IMG/VR virus record: IMGVR_UViG_3300020156_000448
Span: 1-64,000 of that record
Source: a virus
DNA length: 64,000 nt
Strand: one strand, 5' to 3'
In this document: piece by piece, positions 1-10,032 of the stretch
Layout: every line of letters starts with the position of its first letter
How positions within the stretch are numbered: the stretch's first letter is position 1
Notes under the pieces: model-generated
The model's input: only the letters and a program-made list of their open reading frames with translations
What the model was told of the DNA's origin: nothing
Database searches by the model: none
Made by a program: the position numbers and the translations under genes

Positions 1-1566
1 TTATCCGTTGGCGGGAGCAAAAACTTGCTCAAGTGCAGCAATATCAAGCCCCAAGTTCCCCACGAGTGGAGGATTTTCAAAAAAGACCACTTCCCCTGCT
101 AGAGGAGGAACTGCGGGAGCTAGAGGCGCAGCGACTTGCTTTTTAGCCCGACGCCGACGCCTCTTTTTTTCAACAAGTTTCCCTTTTGGCTTGCAAAGCC
201 CACGCTCTACAAGGAAGGCAAACAAATAAGGATACTGGCTTGAAAAATTCTCTACAAACGAGCAGAATTTTGTTGAATCGCCCATATCGCATACTGACGC
301 TACGCCTGTTTCACAGAAATCTACTAGTGCAGAAACGAACTCAATATTCTTGAAAAACGCCTCTTTTTTCAGCGTTCCCTTAAACAGACGTATTTCAATA
401 GTCTGATTGCTATTCAGGTTTACAGCGGTATGATGCCCCTCTTCCCCAATCCATGCAGGGCGATTACGCTTTCCTGTCTTATTGCACTGGAAAGGAACAT
501 CGCATACACGCTTTGTTTTGGTAAAATTGTTGTATCTATTGCTAGCTCTTTGCGCAATTGTTCGTATAAACTTGCGATTGTTAGGGTTAGTAATAAAGTT
601 TACGATTTTGCCGATTTGTAGATTTGTCAAAGATGCTCGCGATACATGGATATGCATACCGCAATTATCCGTAAAGAAGCTGGAAAGCAATCCCTTTTCC
701 TCGAAAGCGTTAAAGAATAGCTCCCACTCTTTAATATGACGCTTATATGTAGCAGGTGCGCTAACAATCTCAAACCCACCACGCCCTTGATCTTTCAAGG
801 AACTATCATGTTTGCACAAGATGAATGGATTGGGAAAACAATCGTAAACACGCTTTGCAGCACGTTCACGAGTAAGGTTGTGATTATAATCAATCTCAAC
901 CTCAAGCTCAATGCCGAAAAATCTTTCGGAACCTTGCTTGCTAGCATTTAGCATTACTGGTGGACGATTGCCACGCGGAATGATTGCATGCCCTGGAATT
1001 CCCTTATTGTAAAACACCTTGCGCCCATCATCATCACGCATGAACGGATCATCCATCATCTGTTCAATTTTTGTGTGATAACTACGAACCATATTTTTCA
1101 TGCAACTACCACAACAACCATCCTGTAGGCGGTTGGCATGGAATGCCCCATGACAAATCGTACATTCTGTATACTTCGCTGCACAACCACCGCAATACCA
1201 ACGGTGACTAAACTTACGTGACTCAGCTTTGTAGTCTAAATTTCCGCAGTCATTACACACAATGAACTTTGTTTCGCGGCAGCCGCCGCAAGCATTAATC
1301 TTCTGCCTACCCTTTACGGTATAGGTGTCGATATAGATTTTTGCCATGCGTGAATCACAGCAAGAACAAACACTAAAATCCTGATCCTGACAATTAGCGC
1401 AGCAGGCAGTCAGCTTAAAGCCAACTGTGGTAAACCGAAGCCCATCAAGAGCAAAGTCCTGAGAGCATACACCGCAATTGAATTTCGTATTTGTAGTTGT
1501 GTGAGGCATACTTGTATTTAATCTTTCTTTCTGGTGCTGCTTATGATTACCTAGAAATAACATCAT
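1..1566 (-). CDS. Phage amidoligase (COOH-NH2 ligase type 2) with N-terminal multi-CxxC zinc-finger region
   Basis: Motifs FFGIELEVE, KHDSSL, GFEIVSAP, CGMHIHVS, TIEIRLFKGTL; eight CxxC pairs in the N-terminal 160 aa. True start may be MPHTT (~1509). Confidence 0.85.
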   Translation of the reverse strand: MMLFLGNHKQHQKERLNTSMPHTTTNTKFNCGVCSQDFALDGLRFTTVGFKLTACCANCQDQDFSVCSCCDSRMAKIYIDTYTVKGRQKINACGGCRETKFIVCNDCGNLDYKAESRKFSHRWYCGGCAAKYTECTICHGAFHANRLQDGCCGSCMKNMVRSYHTKIEQMMDDPFMRDDDGRKVFYNKGIPGHAIIPRGNRPPVMLNASKQGSERFFGIELEVEIDYNHNLTRERAAKRVYDCFPNPFILCKHDSSLKDQGRGGFEIVSAPATYKRHIKEWELFFNAFEEKGLLSSFFTDNCGMHIHVSRASLTNLQIGKIVNFITNPNNRKFIRTIAQRASNRYNNFTKTKRVCDVPFQCNKTGKRNRPAWIGEEGHHTAVNLNSNQTIEIRLFKGTLKKEAFFKNIEFVSALVDFCETGVASVCDMGDSTKFCSFVENFSSQYPYLFAFLVERGLCKPKGKLVEKKRRRRRAKKQVAAPLAPAVPPLAGEVVFFENPPLVGNLGLDIAALEQVFAPANG

Positions 1567-1632
1567 TATTCTGCTATTAAATGAGATTTATTACGTTTGG
1601 ATTTTTATAGCACCAGTCATATATGGAAAGGA

Positions 1633-2238
1633 TTAAAATTGGAGGTCGTCTGCGTCTTGGTAGCGACTCTTCAGCATGTGGCGAGTAACATCGTTACCAA
1701 CCCCCATCCACCTATAGAAAGCTACCTCTGCTGCCCTTGCTCGTTGTTCCCTTGGTGATTCCATATACCCATGGTTGCCGTTATCAGGCTCTTCATCAAG
1801 AAGATGAGCAACCTCATGAACTATGCTTAACTGCACCCCATCAGCATCCTGTCTACCATTTACTACAATGATAGGGTCATCTGCATTCACCTGAAACGGA
1901 ATTTTATTCTCTTCCGTTTCAATCCAGAAATTATCAATCTGCTCTCCGCCATGAACCAACGTAGAGTATACAATGTGTTCCCCGTGATAAAGAGGATGTT
2001 TTGTAACATATATATCTACATCTTGTACGTTCTCAATCTCATGAGGAAAGGCGGCATTCAAGAACTGGTTGGCAGCATTAAAATCCTGCAATTTAGCAGG
2101 TTCAAATAGCTGTGAGTTCTGGCTCGTAAATATGAGCTTTAAGGACTTAGCCGCCTTGGGGTCTAGAGATATTTCTCGGATGTTCTTCATAGTCTCCATA
2201 TTCAATATTGGATAGTCGCTTTCCTTCGCGATATTCAA
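1633..2238 (-). CDS. Putative zinc metallopeptidase (HExxH)
   Basis: SIVHEVAH followed by YMESPREQRA (possible third Glu ligand). Confidence 0.6.
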   Translation of the reverse strand: MNIAKESDYPILNMETMKNIREISLDPKAAKSLKLIFTSQNSQLFEPAKLQDFNAANQFLNAAFPHEIENVQDVDIYVTKHPLYHGEHIVYSTLVHGGEQIDNFWIETEENKIPFQVNADDPIIVVNGRQDADGVQLSIVHEVAHLLDEEPDNGNHGYMESPREQRARAAEVAFYRWMGVGNDVTRHMLKSRYQDADDLQF

Positions 2239-2310
2239 TATCTGTCTTTCCTATATATGTGCATTACATATAGATGGGCGTAGACGCGCTAAATGCGCGT
2301 GCTTGGTACG

Positions 2311-2340
2311 TGCGTAACACGCGCATGCGTAACACGCGCA
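2311..2340. repeat. Two exact tandem copies of 15-bp TGCGTAACACGCGCA
   Basis: Read directly; lies in a CG-alternating stretch (2277-2355) of the divergent intergenic region. Confidence 0.9.
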
Positions 2341-2436
2341 TTGAACACATGTGTTGGTAGCACATCAGAATAATTATTCCATTATCGTGTAGATAAGTTA
2401 AAACTTTATAAAAGTATTACTCAATTTGAGGACATC

Positions 2437-3138
2437 ATGCAGTTTGCAGCCCTACCTACCGTTGAACTTCCAGAAGACGTTCTAAAAAATATACAATTAG
2501 GACCAAAACGCTCCTATATCCGTCGCGAACCAGCCGTTCCATTTGACGACTTCTATGATACTATTGTCTTGCCCACAATGCAACATGTTGCAGCTAAAAA
2601 CATTAAAAAGAATATGGCAATGACCATATCTGCTTTGTGTGGATGTATAGACTTTCTACCAATACATCCCGACTATACTGGGACTACGAATCCGTTTCAA
2701 ACATTCTCTTCCTCATTAACTAGAAAAATGCTTCAGCCAGCTTACAGCGGGAAGAATCCAACAAAAGCCCAATCAGTAAAGCCTGCCACAATTGCTTTAG
2801 ATCAAACCACGATTCCTGTTCACCCTCAGCTAACACTTGAGCGCGGAGTGCCTAAAGCCATTATTGATCGCTTTGTGCAGTTGTGTAATAAATACCATAT
2901 AGATCACAGAATATTCACCCAAACGGGTGGTAGTATCACCTTGACAAAGAACTTCCTTATGGTTGTATCTTATTGGGCATCGGATCAAGGGTTAGAAGCA
3001 GACAAAAAAATATGGGGTAGCCTAAAACCTATGCGCTATGTTCCCACTAGATGGCTGGATGATAAAGACTTACCCGAATATATAAAGAAGAAAGTGAATG
3101 GCAGAAAACCAGGCAGACCAGCGAGAATAAAAACTTAA
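2437..3138 (+). CDS. Hypothetical protein with C-terminal AT-hook-like GRKPGRP
   Basis: 233-aa ORF, GAGG RBS upstream. Confidence 0.6.
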   Translation: MQFAALPTVELPEDVLKNIQLGPKRSYIRREPAVPFDDFYDTIVLPTMQHVAAKNIKKNMAMTISALCGCIDFLPIHPDYTGTTNPFQTFSSSLTRKMLQPAYSGKNPTKAQSVKPATIALDQTTIPVHPQLTLERGVPKAIIDRFVQLCNKYHIDHRIFTQTGGSITLTKNFLMVVSYWASDQGLEADKKIWGSLKPMRYVPTRWLDDKDLPEYIKKKVNGRKPGRPARIKT

Positions 3139-3272
3139 GACCCCTGTATTTATACTCGTTGACATGATCCCAGTAAGGTTCGATGATATTTGTTGTTCCT
3201 TAAATGAATATAATCGAATGTCGATTGTTTTTATGTTACACCCTCATCATATCCTGTTGGAGACCATTACGT

Positions 3273-4028
3273 ATGGCTGAAGTATCCGATTTACAAACCA
3301 CCACCCTAGTAACGAGAGGTTTTAAGAACCAGATCGTTGAGCAGTTGGGAGAATCCTTTGAAGAGCAGGCAGGGCTTTCTACAGATGCTGCTACTGAAGA
3401 AGACCAGTCTCTTGCTGCAATCATCCCAGTAGACCCCAAAGAGACAGAGCTTCTGGCTCTCGCCCAGCACGGCGACGATGAAGCCCTTACAGTAGTTTGG
3501 AAACTATACGAAGAGAAAATCTTCAATGCAGCGCTACGAATTCTCCGCGATTATGATGAAGCTGAGAATGTAGCCCAAGATGTATTTATTAAGTTTAAGA
3601 ACAACATCCATACATTCCAACTGGGTAAGTCGCCACTACCTTGGCTGAACCGTATTTGCAAAAACCATTGTATAAATATACTTAACCGCGCTCGTCGTCA
3701 CCCAATTAACTTGGTGGGATCAATTAGCGGTGATGATGCAGTCAACCAGGATTCTGAAACCTCTCAGTATTATGAGGCAGAGGATACGAGCACGCCATCT
3801 CCATTTGAAATTCTTTCAAAGCGCGAAGATATCGCCAATCTACGTCAGGCAATCACCCGCCTCCACAAAGATTTCCGCGACATCATTTACCTGCACTATA
3901 CTGAGGAATTACCATACAAGGTAATTGCTGAAAGATTAAACATCCCAATCGGCACAGTAATGAGTCGGTTATTCAATGCAAAAGCTAAGCTACGTGAGGA
4001 ATTTAAGAAGGTTGAAGCAGGGGTGTAA
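3273..4028 (+). CDS. ECF-type sigma-70 factor
   Basis: Region 2 (AENVAQDVFIK, WLNRICKNHCIN) and region 4 HTH (YKVIAERLNIPIGTVMSRLFNAK); GGAG RBS before ATG 3273; acidic N-terminal extension. Confidence 0.92.
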   Translation: MAEVSDLQTTTLVTRGFKNQIVEQLGESFEEQAGLSTDAATEEDQSLAAIIPVDPKETELLALAQHGDDEALTVVWKLYEEKIFNAALRILRDYDEAENVAQDVFIKFKNNIHTFQLGKSPLPWLNRICKNHCINILNRARRHPINLVGSISGDDAVNQDSETSQYYEAEDTSTPSPFEILSKREDIANLRQAITRLHKDFRDIIYLHYTEELPYKVIAERLNIPIGTVMSRLFNAKAKLREEFKKVEAGV

Positions 4029-4076
4029 CCGCGCCCAAAAAATAAGCACTTTTCTTTAGGGAAATGCTGAATTTAT

Positions 4077-4117
4077 AGTCCCTTAGCTAGTATGTAAGAT
4101 AGCTAAGGGACTTTTTT
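4077..4117 (+). terminator. Intrinsic terminator
   Basis: 13-bp stem AGTCCCTTAGCTA/TAGCTAAGGGACT followed by a T run. Confidence 0.8.
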
Positions 4118-4245
4118 GTTTTGTGCTTGTCCTAAAGCCAGAATATTTTTTTCACATTTAGTGCATTTGGTCCTTGACTTGGATCAGGAAATCCAAAATC
4201 CTAGCCAGCGAATCAACATGTCACCTTTGGGGGAGTACCCGCACT

Positions 4246-4614
4246 ATGGAGCAAACGAAACGCCGCAGCATTGTAGCGAAAGCTGTTCGAGAAGCAATTT
4301 TGAACGAAGACCCTGATGCTGTGGTTAAGCTCAAAACGAAGGAACCCGATTCCACCATTACTATGTTCGGGAAGCCTTTCACCATCCCCGAAGCTGAGCA
4401 GGTGGTCTCTAAGATTTACCACTCAATTGGGCTGGCGATCAATCTCTACGATATGATTAATGAGGTTGATACTATCAACGCTATTGATGAGCTTGTAGAG
4501 AATGGCACTATTTGCCTTCCTGAAGAAGAAGAGCAAGAAGAAGTTCCCCAGTACACACGTAGCTTGGATCGCGGATACTTCCCCACTCGTTCCTTAGATA
4601 GATTTAATAATTAG
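4246..4614 (+). CDS. Hypothetical protein
   Basis: ORF with GGGGGAG RBS before ATG 4246. Confidence 0.6.
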   Translation: MEQTKRRSIVAKAVREAILNEDPDAVVKLKTKEPDSTITMFGKPFTIPEAEQVVSKIYHSIGLAINLYDMINEVDTINAIDELVENGTICLPEEEEQEEVPQYTRSLDRGYFPTRSLDRFNN

Positions 4615-4649
4615 TGGAATAATCCCATGCCTCGTCTGTATTTATTAAT

Positions 4650-4856
4650 ATGAGTGACAGCAATTGCGATCACGTTGGACTGGATGTGGAATTTGATCAA
4701 GGAGAGTACACCTTTAAGTGTACAGCCTGTGATCAAGTGGTTCTTCGTGATCCCATTTTGCCTCGCGCATTATATCAAATAGACAGGATGACACTCATTG
4801 CATTACAAGTTGCTACCAGAAGACGACAAGTGGAGAGTATTGACACCGCAGGGTAG
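4650..4856 (+). CDS. Small putative zinc-binding protein
   Basis: CDH...CTAC; overlaps the next ORF. Confidence 0.4.
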   Translation: MSDSNCDHVGLDVEFDQGEYTFKCTACDQVVLRDPILPRALYQIDRMTLIALQVATRRRQVESIDTAG

Positions 4857-5337
4857 ACCCGTATCTGTTGAAGGCTTGACTGTCTTCACTAGGGCTGAAT
4901 CCATACAGCTTGCGGCATACCTTTCGAAACAAACTCCAGGTGTTTTCGCAGTTATGTATCTTGGTCCATGGCGCGGATGTATGAAGCATGTAATGTTCAA
5001 ATACCTTGTTGAAGCTGGCAGCATTGTTGATACATGGAATTTGGAAAACCCTGAGTATGATCCAACCTATCCAGTGAATGTATACTGGGTTCGTCGTCGT
5101 CGCGGGGGTGATCCAGGTGTCATCACTGGCAATGGTATTTCTACTCCTAAAAAGCCACGGGCGCTTACTCACCAGGAAAAGCGCAATGTTAAAAGACAGA
5201 AACAGCGTAAGAAAGAAGCCGCTAGATTTAAGAAGTCTCCCGAAGTACTGCGGGAAAGAGCAGATATCAGAAGACAGATTGCACGCTTCAGATTGAAGTA
5301 TAGCAAGCGGCAAGGACCAGTAGCAGAAGCAGTTTAA
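4798..5337 (+). CDS. Hypothetical protein with basic C-terminus
   Basis: 179-aa ORF ending at a terminator. Confidence 0.55.
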   Translation: MHYKLLPEDDKWRVLTPQGRPVSVEGLTVFTRAESIQLAAYLSKQTPGVFAVMYLGPWRGCMKHVMFKYLVEAGSIVDTWNLENPEYDPTYPVNVYWVRRRRGGDPGVITGNGISTPKKPRALTHQEKRNVKRQKQRKKEAARFKKSPEVLRERADIRRQIARFRLKYSKRQGPVAEAV

Positions 5338-5368
5338 GAGAGAGGGTTAATTCCCTCTCTCTTTTTTT
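5336..5368. terminator. Terminator between convergent genes
   Basis: Stem AAGAGAGAGGG/CCCTCTCTCTT plus T tract. Confidence 0.8.
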
Positions 5369-5375
5369 ATTGCTG

Positions 5376-6200
5376 CTATACGAATAAACCAGCATTCTGG
5401 CAAGTAGATGCTTCAACACATTTAATGTTAAGTTCTTTAAGAAGGTCTTTATAAAGCATGGTTTTTCTGTCACATACCTTTACAAGCTCCCGAAGTTCTT
5501 CATACGACAAATGAGCATATTCGCTGGGTTTCTTATTCAAAATTGTAACAGCTACATCAAACCGCTCATTAGAAATAGCGTGTTCTAGTAAAATGTTCCA
5601 AACCTTTACTTCCTTACCGTCGATCTTCTCGACGTTTCGAATTAGGGTTCCTCTCGACTGCTGAGTATATCGCTTCTCTAGAAGCTCGAACATCTTAGCA
5701 TCTGCATTAGCACAGGCTATCCCATACATATCAAAATTAACCGAACAACTGCGCTTGCCTGCTTTTATTAGACATAGCTCTGCTAATGCGTAGTGATTTT
5801 GGGCAATTGCAATGTATGCAGCTAGGTTAAATTGCATGGTTGGTTCTGCCCCAAACTTCATAACCAAAGCTTCAGCTACTGAATAATGCTTATGTTTTAC
5901 TGCTTCAATTAAAGGTTGTCCGTCTGCTATGTTTACATTGGCACCCCTTTTGCAAAGCACATATACAGTATCAAGGAAACCATCTTTGCACGCTTCGATT
6001 AAAGGATCACCGTTTGGATCAATTTTACACTGGGTTACTAAAAGCTCAACCACCCTAGGCTTGCGAAGCCTGATAGCTTCCATAAGTAAGGAGCGGTTGG
6101 CAAACGACATATCAAAGCCTGTTTTATAGGCGCTCTTAAGCTTTCCTAAATACTCGTTATAAACAGCATCAAGAACTTCTTTTTTCGTAAATCGTCTCAT
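5376..6200 (-). CDS. Ankyrin-repeat protein
   Basis: Repeats PLIEACKDGFLDTVYVLCKRGANVN and PLIEAVKHKHYSVAEALV. Confidence 0.85.
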   Translation of the reverse strand: MRRFTKKEVLDAVYNEYLGKLKSAYKTGFDMSFANRSLLMEAIRLRKPRVVELLVTQCKIDPNGDPLIEACKDGFLDTVYVLCKRGANVNIADGQPLIEAVKHKHYSVAEALVMKFGAEPTMQFNLAAYIAIAQNHYALAELCLIKAGKRSCSVNFDMYGIACANADAKMFELLEKRYTQQSRGTLIRNVEKIDGKEVKVWNILLEHAISNERFDVAVTILNKKPSEYAHLSYEELRELVKVCDRKTMLYKDLLKELNIKCVEASTCQNAGLFV

Positions 6201-6424
6201 TGGTTTCCTCTATATAGTACTATAGTATAACGCTAGCATTATTCACTAAGACATTGAATAACAAGGCGCTACGACAGTAGATATGACTTGATACGAAAGC
6301 TGTAAACAAAGCAGCTACGAAAAAATGTAAAATGAATGAATACGATTCAATAGACACGGTATTATAAAGCAAGAAAACAAAAAACACTCTCCGCAAAGAG
6401 TAAATCCAATGGAGGATACGCAAC

Positions 6425-7000
6425 ATGGCACCACTAACTAAGGTTCAGATCGCAAAGAATGAGATTCTTGATCGATTCGATGCGCTGCCTATCGATGAAC
6501 AGAAGGGCTTGGTAACTGGTCTTCGTGACCGTTTCCTAGCAAATGCAGTACGATCAAGCGCGGCAAGTCTGTTTGCCCCTGTAGACGTTAATAGCGTCTT
6601 GGAAGCAGTAACGGGCGATGCTCCGCAGATGGCAACCGCGCCATCACTTCCTTATACGGGTAAAAAGCGCGGTCCAAAACCAGGTTGGAAGCAGAATCGC
6701 CAGATTGCTTCCAATGCTGAAGCAGACGAACCTGAGGACAAAACTCAGCACCTTATCGAGCAGATTTGCAATGCTCATCCTGAAGGCATCAACGTTCTCG
6801 GTATTCGCGATGAACTTACGTCAATGCCTGAATTCCATACGAATTCAGAGGGTGACAATCTAACCGCTCTGATTCGCAACTGCCTCACTCGTGCGAAAAA
6901 GAACAAGCAGATTCGCCACTTCGCTCGCGGTCTGTATGGTCCAAAGCAGCGCGGGGTAGGGCGTCCTCGCCTTACTGAAGTTGGGGTCGGCGTAAACTAA
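6425..7000 (+). CDS. Putative DNA-binding protein (AT-hook-like motifs, possible winged helix)
   Basis: KKRGPKPG and GVGRPR flanking a helical segment ending RHFARGLYG; GGAGG RBS; higher GC than flanking DNA. Confidence 0.55.
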   Translation: MAPLTKVQIAKNEILDRFDALPIDEQKGLVTGLRDRFLANAVRSSAASLFAPVDVNSVLEAVTGDAPQMATAPSLPYTGKKRGPKPGWKQNRQIASNAEADEPEDKTQHLIEQICNAHPEGINVLGIRDELTSMPEFHTNSEGDNLTALIRNCLTRAKKNKQIRHFARGLYGPKQRGVGRPRLTEVGVGVN

Positions 7001-7007
7001 AACTGAA

Positions 7008-7039
7008 AGCGGCACTGTAAAAGGTGCCGCTATTTTTTT
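7008..7039 (+). terminator. Intrinsic terminator
   Basis: AGCGGCAC/GTGCCGCT stem followed by T7. Confidence 0.85.
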
Positions 7040-7099
7040 GTATACAAATAGAACATTTGATCTAGCCGAATAATAGCATTAATTATTTGTTATTAAGTT

Positions 7100-7555
7100 A
7101 TGGCTAGTAAAAGAGCAATAAGACGAAAGAAAGAGCGCAAGCAAAAGCAATTGCGCGAGTCTGCCATTGCCTCTTGCGAGAGAAAGAAAGCCTATGCCAC
7201 AGAAGGCGCTGCCTTTAATGCCCTTAGGAAGACCGCAGGGCTAGGAAGAAAAGACGACCTAAGATACACAGCCCTTCATATTTATAAATGCCCTAAATGC
7301 TCTCTATTGCACATTGGGCATCGGTCCAGGCTAGAGAGAAAATGGCAGTACTTACATAATCACAAAGAGCGTTTGGATTTTATCCCTACCAATCATATAC
7401 CTAAAGCCCCTATCCCTGAAGTAGTTATCCAGGCGGAGCCGATGGAAAATGTCAACCTTGTGTCAACCTCATTTTGCACGAGAGCAGTGACCTTTATCAA
7501 AAAATCAGTGAATAATTTCTTAAATAGAATAAGGTCAAAGTTCATTAGTACGTAA
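7100..7555 (+). CDS. Small basic zinc-finger protein
   Basis: CERKKAY...YKCPKCSLLHIGH. Confidence 0.6.
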   Translation: MASKRAIRRKKERKQKQLRESAIASCERKKAYATEGAAFNALRKTAGLGRKDDLRYTALHIYKCPKCSLLHIGHRSRLERKWQYLHNHKERLDFIPTNHIPKAPIPEVVIQAEPMENVNLVSTSFCTRAVTFIKKSVNNFLNRIRSKFIST

Positions 7556-7572
7556 AGTGAGAGGTAAAACAA

Positions 7573-8178
7573 ATGCAATGGCTATCAGCCGACATGTTCT
7601 TGCAAGATGACAATAGAAATCTGATTGCAGTCGTTAGGGTCAAAGAGTTTCCTGATGGCAACATTCACCCAGAACTCAAAGTGACTGGGCGGACATGGGT
7701 CAAACTCCAGGTGGATGACTATGAAGACACCAAGGAGATTCGGCGTGCTGCGATGGCATATCTAGAGGAGATGGGACTTATTCCCACCCCTGATGAATGC
7801 AAAATCAAGGCGGATACACCTCCCGTGGTTCCTCGCGCCATCGCTAAGGAGCTAAGGCAATTGCGTGACATAGAGAAGAGCCATCGTAAACGGGGCGGAA
7901 TTGATCCTGTGCTCCAGGGCACGATTAATGCACGCAGGAAAGAACTTGAGGCTCTGATAGAGAAGGAAAACAAGTCCCAGCAGCCTGCTGGGACTGAATC
8001 CATTGATCCTGATCTATTTCTCCAACTTTCTAAGAAGGCAGATTTACTTATGAAGCATGGTGTGCATAGTCGTACCAAGCAACAAATAATGGCAGACCTA
8101 CTAAAATCGCATGAGCTTAGAAAGATGCCTGATGATTTCGCACGCCAGATGTTGAAGCGTGCAGGATACCACTCTTAA
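7573..8178 (+). CDS. Hypothetical protein
   Basis: 201-aa ORF with GAGG RBS. Confidence 0.6.
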   Translation: MQWLSADMFLQDDNRNLIAVVRVKEFPDGNIHPELKVTGRTWVKLQVDDYEDTKEIRRAAMAYLEEMGLIPTPDECKIKADTPPVVPRAIAKELRQLRDIEKSHRKRGGIDPVLQGTINARRKELEALIEKENKSQQPAGTESIDPDLFLQLSKKADLLMKHGVHSRTKQQIMADLLKSHELRKMPDDFARQMLKRAGYHS

Positions 8179-8986
8179 TTACCTTTAGTAGCAAGTTATA
8201 TTCGTAGCAATGTATACGCAAAAAAGTTTCGCATAGCGTTTGGATTTCCGAGCCATCAATCATATATGTAAAAGCCAACCTAGCCGCGAAACATCTAGTT
8301 ATCTAGTAGATATCTATTATCTACCTTTTTAGTATACATCTATCTCAGGGGTCGAGCTTGGTCTCTCCCTAGAACAAAAGATCAACTCCCCCTTTCTCTC
8401 CCTTCTTGGTTTAGACCTGAATAAATAATTCCTATGTTGGTAAGTAAGATAGGGTGGCTAACCTTTGAAGAACTTTGCCTCTCATAAGGGCTTATACTTC
8501 TTTGAAGGACATGGGTGGGACTCTTTCTCCCCTCATGGCTATTTTACTCAAGCGAGGTGCCTCAGGTTTAAAAAGCAGTGTGGTCTGTGGATATCATATA
8601 GGGTGCGCAACCTAATGAATGAAGCTTACAAACACTTTTTGGATCGTTGCGAAACTTGTTAAAATTTTCAGAAGCCGTTGCACTGGTCGTAACGGCTTCA
8701 ACCACCCACAACGTAATGCGTCACCGATACGCACTCACAATTCGGTTTACCAGCCAGCGGGAAGCTGGCAACTATTTAAAGTGTTGGTACATAAGGTGCC
8801 TTCATAGCCCTCCAAGGTTAAAGCCCTGGTCAGTGATTTATTGGATTCCAATACTCTTTGCGGAGATTACTGATCAGGGTTTTTGCGTTTGTATATAACT
8901 ACAAAACGCTATCATTTTTTATGCATATGAATTTGGCATTTTTTCGAGGATGTATTTTCACACCCTTAAAAAGAAAAACCCCCAAA

Positions 8987-9083
8987 AGCGCGAGACGCAC
9001 ACGTGTAAGTCACGCATGCGTAAGTCACGCATCGGGGGTGTGAAGAAGACACATGCGTTAGTTACGCATGCGTCTTTGACGCA
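8987..9083. repeat. Array of six 15-bp quasi-palindromes (consensus TGCGT-N5-ACGCA), in two blocks of three
   Basis: Units at 8987, 9002, 9017, 9039, 9054, 9069; each block is followed by a G5 run. Confidence 0.85.
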
Positions 9084-9892
9084 TATGGGGGTCCATCCAG
9101 TGATACTGACTCATCCAACATGTATCCACCAGTACACAATAAACCCTTAGGCTTTGTTGTATCCTTCTTTTCCGCTACGTGAGTTTCCCCACTTGTTGGC
9201 GGAGGGGGCGGAGGAGGTGGTGCCGAGGCTACCTTCTTCGCTTCTATCTCAGCCCTCTTCTTCGCTTGCAAAGCATTCCACTGATCAATTACTTCTTGCT
9301 TGGATAAAGGTTCCATTTCCTGAACTTCTAACTCAGCAGGAATCACAGGAAGCGCAGGCAGTTTTCCGCCGTAGTATGTCTTTATTTCCCTTTTGCTTGA
9401 GATTCTGCATCCTGGCAGCGGATACGCAGCAGCTTTATATCTTTTATAACGCTTTGTCTTATCACCCTTAATAGCATAGTTTTTAAATTTGCGCTTAGGT
9501 GGTGGTTTGACTTCACGCTCTTCTCTTGAGTATTCACCAGTTTCAGGATTATATACAAGCAATGTCTCATATTCTACTTTTACTGGAGTAGGAGGATTAT
9601 TCACGTGAGTCTTTGTTGCGGTCTTTTTCTGGTTTGGACTAGGAGGCTCTCTAAGAGCACAGCCAACCAAAAACCCATCAGGATCATAACGAGCGATCTG
9701 CGTACAGATAGCAATCAGACCTACAAAACACATGAATCCCAAAGTGGCTTGTGTTCCCATAGTGGTACTCATGATCAACAATAGAACTGCACCGAAGAAC
9801 GCACCGAAGCCCATAAAGCATCCCCACGCCCATCTGTCGCTCTCGTAATAATCATCATTACCATAAATATTGCCACTTGGATATTTAGACAT
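9062..9892 (-). CDS. Membrane protein with Pro/Lys-rich tail
   Basis: Two N-terminal hydrophobic segments; poly-Pro run near the C-terminus. Confidence 0.7.
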   Translation of the reverse strand: MSKYPSGNIYGNDDYYESDRWAWGCFMGFGAFFGAVLLLIMSTTMGTQATLGFMCFVGLIAICTQIARYDPDGFLVGCALREPPSPNQKKTATKTHVNNPPTPVKVEYETLLVYNPETGEYSREEREVKPPPKRKFKNYAIKGDKTKRYKRYKAAAYPLPGCRISSKREIKTYYGGKLPALPVIPAELEVQEMEPLSKQEVIDQWNALQAKKRAEIEAKKVASAPPPPPPPPTSGETHVAEKKDTTKPKGLLCTGGYMLDESVSLDGPPYASKTHA

Positions 9893-9930
9893 TTTTCCTC
9901 ATATTTTCTAGAAATTTTTACACAGAAAAA

Positions 9931-9987
9931 ACGGGGCGTTCAGAAGTCGGCTTTTCAAGCTGTTAAGTCGCCTTTTCAAACACCCGT
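9931..9987. promoter_or_regulatory. Operator-like direct repeat AAGTCG(G/C)CTTTTCAA x2, 21-bp period, inside an imperfect inverted repeat
   Basis: Copies at 9944-9958 and 9965-9979; ACGGG...CCCGT ends. Confidence 0.5.
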
Positions 9988-10032
9988 ACATCAGTTTCTT
10001 CTATATTAGATACCACAAACACTTGGAAACAT

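Noticed and set aside
8465-9150. Short plus-strand ORFs in the ORF track
   Set aside because: They overlap each other, lack clear RBSs, and partly translate the palindromic repeat array.
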